A stretch of DNA of 64,000 nt from Deltaproteobacteria bacterium (GTDB lineage Bacteria > Myxococcota_A > UBA9160 > SMWR01): NCBI GenBank assembly GCA_032128375.1, contig JAQBGU010000143.1, positions 1-64,000 on the forward strand, given 5' to 3'. The position numbers and the translations under genes were made by a program. Shown piece by piece: positions 61,575 through 64,000 of the stretch (its first letter is position 1; each line of letters begins with the position of its first letter). The notes beneath the pieces were generated by a model. It saw only the letters and a list, made by a program, of their open reading frames with translations. It made no database searches and was not told the origin of the DNA.

Positions 61575-62159
61575 CACGCGCCGAACCTCATCCAATTCTC
61601 AGAAGGTCTTGTGGTTTCTCGGCGAGCTCGAGATCGACTACGAGTTCGTCGACACGGGGGGTGACGCCGGCGGGCTGGACGATCCCGAATACCTGGCGCT
61701 CAACCCGAACGGCGGGTCCCGACACTGCTCGATGTCGATCTTTCCGTTTGGGAGTCCCACACGATCTTGCGTTACCTGGCAGCAACCAACGGTGGCGAGA
61801 TCTACTGGTCGCAGGATCCGGCGACGCGAAGCGCAGTGGATCGCTGGATGGATTGGTCACAGTCCCAGTTCGATGCATCATTCATGGCGTTGTTCTGGGG
61901 GTACTACCGGACGCCCGAGGCCGAACGAAACATCCAGATGAACCGGCTCCACGTGAAACGGTGTCGGTCCTATCTGTTGCTACTCGATCGCTGTCTGTCG
62001 GAACACGGCTACGTCGGCGGCGATCGGCTGTCTCTCGCCGATACCCCCATCGGGGCGTTGATGTACCGATACGTGAATCTGGACGCGACCGACGATCTGC
62101 CGCCGCGGGTCGCGAAATGGTACGGCGCCCTCACCGAACGCGAGCCGTTTACTGCGTGA
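61575..62159 (+). pseudogene. Glutathione S-transferase, frameshifted and lacking a start
   Basis: RRTSSNSQKVLWFLGEL...YLALNPNG, frameshift near 61715, then WESHTILRYLA...DRWMDW...LSLAD. Confidence 0.85.
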
Positions 62160-62562
62160 AGCTGGCGAGGAGATCAGCGTAGGACCAGCGGCCATCGAGG
62201 TGGCCGGGATGGGAGAGGAAGCGCTTGGCGGCGACGCGAGGACTGCAACGACAGTGAGCTTCAGTAGGTACGCCAGGTAGGTTTGCAAGCCATTCGATGG
62301 GAGTGCCCGAATCCAGCGGCGACTGCGGATGTTTCCACCAGGATGCGAGGACTGCGCGGCCCGCCTTGTTCGCTTGTTCTTGAAACTGTCGGTCCGCTCG
62401 GTTGCTCAGCGCTCTTCGCGATTCAATGTCACCGATGCCCAGGGTCTGGAGCAGCGTCTCCAGAAACGTGTCTTTGTCGAGCATTGGCAGACCCAGATTC
62501 TGGGCAATTGCCATCGCCTTGCCGCTCGCTGGAAGACCGCTCACGATGACAAACCGGTTCAT
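62149..62562 (-). pseudogene. AAA_33-type P-loop kinase, damaged
   Basis: VSGLPASGK lacks the following S/T residues; LDKD, HPGHLD; ends abruptly against the GST. Confidence 0.6.
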
Positions 62563-62569
62563 GTGTGAG

Positions 62570-62753
62570 ACCTGACGGATGGAATTTCGGTGACCGAGCT
62601 ACAAGAACTACAGGAACTACAAGAACTACAGGCTGACCGACTCGCGCTGGCGAAAAGGACTGATACCAGAACCTACCACCAGTCATGGCGCTCAGCTCTC
62701 GCCCGGTCCGACTGCGAATCCGTACCGGTGTCCGCTGGATTGGCTTGTCAGGC
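62570..62753 (-). repeat. Degenerate attC-like element with internal 9-bp tandem repeat
   Basis: GCCTGAC (contains the upstream stop)...GTCAGGT just before the next ATG; ctaca(a/g)gaa nearly x4 at 62599-62632. Confidence 0.45.
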
Positions 62754-63053
62754 GTCGCGTTCATGCCTGGTCTTTTTCCGTTGTGGCTTGCGGACTCCAT
62801 GCGAATCGAGTGTCGAGAGTTTCTCCTCGATTCGATCCATTAGTTCCGCTTGCTCCGACTCGGTTGATACTGGCATGTGGACTCTCCCTGTGGAAAGAAG
62901 AACGTCCGCGAACACGCCTTCAGGTCCCTCGTGGAAGTGGATGAAGTTCCGACCATCCAGGTGGAAAACCATCGGCCGAATTTCATTCAGAACTTCGTAG
63001 CCTCGCAGGGCACTCAGCAGCGGAGCGATCGTCTCGATTGTGGAATCCTTCAT
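62748..63053 (-). CDS. Small hypothetical protein
   Basis: GGAGG RBS; 101 aa with VFHLDGRNFIHFHE...FADV. Confidence 0.65.
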   Translation of the reverse strand: MKDSTIETIAPLLSALRGYEVLNEIRPMVFHLDGRNFIHFHEGPEGVFADVLLSTGRVHMPVSTESEQAELMDRIEEKLSTLDSHGVRKPQRKKTRHERDA

Positions 63054-63173
63054 CGAGCCTCCACGCAGTACGCCCGACCACGTAGCACCCCACGAGAAGT
63101 CTGGCTTTCGCAGGCGATGGTGCGGCTGCGTTCTTGGTGGATCAACCCCTCGGTGGTGGCTGATGTCATTTGA

Positions 63174-63280
63174 ATTGCCCCGAACGCGATGCAATGATTT
63201 CTCGGCCACGCGAATGTCGAGCCGTCCCGCCTATACGCCCGCCTCGCCGACAACGCGCTACTCGAACTACTGCGTCCCCA
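63174..63280 (+). pseudogene. Tyrosine integrase catalytic C-terminal remnant
   Basis: MQ*FLGHANVEPSRLYARLADNALLELLRP, the LGH...Y box. Confidence 0.7.
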
Positions 63281-63284
63281 ACCT

Positions 63285-63371
63285 TGGCGACAAAGTGGCG
63301 ACAAGGGTTCCGAGGGCGAACCTGAGCAAAAATCAAGACCATACTGGTGGGCCCTGCAGGGCTCGAACCTG
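63285..63371 (-). mobile_element. att-site remnant: tandem arm-like repeats plus tRNA 3' fragment
   Basis: TGGCGACAA x2 (63285-63304); 63345-63371 reads CAGG-TTCGAGC-CCTG-CAGGGCCCACCA on the minus strand (T-arm, acceptor strand, CCA). Confidence 0.7.
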
Positions 63372-63667
63372 GGGGCGGGGTCGCGGCACGGCCAACATGC
63401 CGTTGGCTCCAAATCGAGCAGCCGCGCGATGCTGGCGATCGGGATCAGCGGGCGAGAAAGGGGACGTGCTCGCGCACGAACATCCCGACTGGCCGCACAA
63501 GTGCTTCCTCTTCATCGGGGCAAAAGGACTGGCCCGGCTCGAGGGGCGCATAGCACGAGAGCTACGAGATCGCTGCGCCGGTCGAACCCCAACGCTCTTT
63601 CCTGATCCTGCGACCCTCCGCGTTGCACCTGCGGTTCTCGACGTCGGGCGCGTGACTCGAGCGGGTC

Positions 63668-64000
63668 CTAAAAGCCCGCTAGCTGATCCTCGCTCGCGGG
63701 CTCCTGCTTGGTCAGAGATTCCGGTGTGTCGCCCACGTATCGCAACGTGGTGAAGCCGAAGAACATCTCGTGCTTGGTCTGCAAGCCGAAATGCACCGGC
63801 TTGGTGGGATCGGGGTTGAACCGGTTTCGGGCTGAGTTGTCCATCGCTCCGTTGGCCACCAGGCGAGTCCCGGCCGGCAAGAACAAGGGTTCTTCGAGCT
63901 CGTAGCTGAACTGCCAGTTGAACTCGTACTTGGGCACGGAGAGCAGAAGTTCAGAGCTGCCATCGGGGTACACCGCCGTGTAGCTCATGTATTTTCCGCG
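63668..64000 (-). CDS. PHM/PNGase-F-like copper monooxygenase-type C-terminal domain (5'-partial)
   Basis: RGKYM...LLSVPKYEFNWQFSY...LPAGT...DNS..N..NPDP...QT.HEM. Confidence 0.8.
   Translation of the reverse strand, partial: RGKYMSYTAVYPDGSSELLLSVPKYEFNWQFSYELEEPLFLPAGTRLVANGAMDNSARNRFNPDPTKPVHFGLQTKHEMFFGFTTLRYVGDTPESLTKQEPASEDQLAGF

Noticed and set aside
63345..63371. Complete tRNA gene
   Set aside because: Only T-arm, 3' acceptor strand and CCA; no D-arm or anticodon arm
63420..63660. Peptide GDVLAHEHPDWPHKCFLFIG
   Set aside because: Looks protein-like but has no start and no assignable family

Overview
GC-rich bacterial window whose gene content suggests a Myxococcota/deltaproteobacterium-like organism (multi-PilZ protein, PilT, PEP-CTERM/IPTL-CTERM tails, WS/DGAT); the taxonomy is inference. 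It is mostly accessory metabolism: a non-phosphorylative L-fucose-type sugar pathway, a lipid storage cluster (acyl-CoA ligase, WS/DGAT, lipase), a TetR-MFP-RND efflux operon, fhs, pilT, an unusual aroA-gpmI-pstSCA-(deleted pstB)-phnW-asparagine-synthetase-like cluster, a formylglutamate-hydrolase/QEGLA-peptidase/GshB-like trio and pgsBCW. About ten genes are broken. Both ends carry mobile-element debris: an IS1202/ISNCY end and an attC-like half on the left, and a degenerate attC, an integrase remnant, arm repeats and a tRNA 3' fragment on the right. The best novelty candidate is a CRTAC1/ASPIC-UnbV FG-GAP lipoprotein with a single in-frame TGA followed by a perfect hairpin with a GGUC loop resembling a bacterial SECIS, i.e. 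a putative selenoprotein. All calls come from reading motifs by eye; no searches were run.
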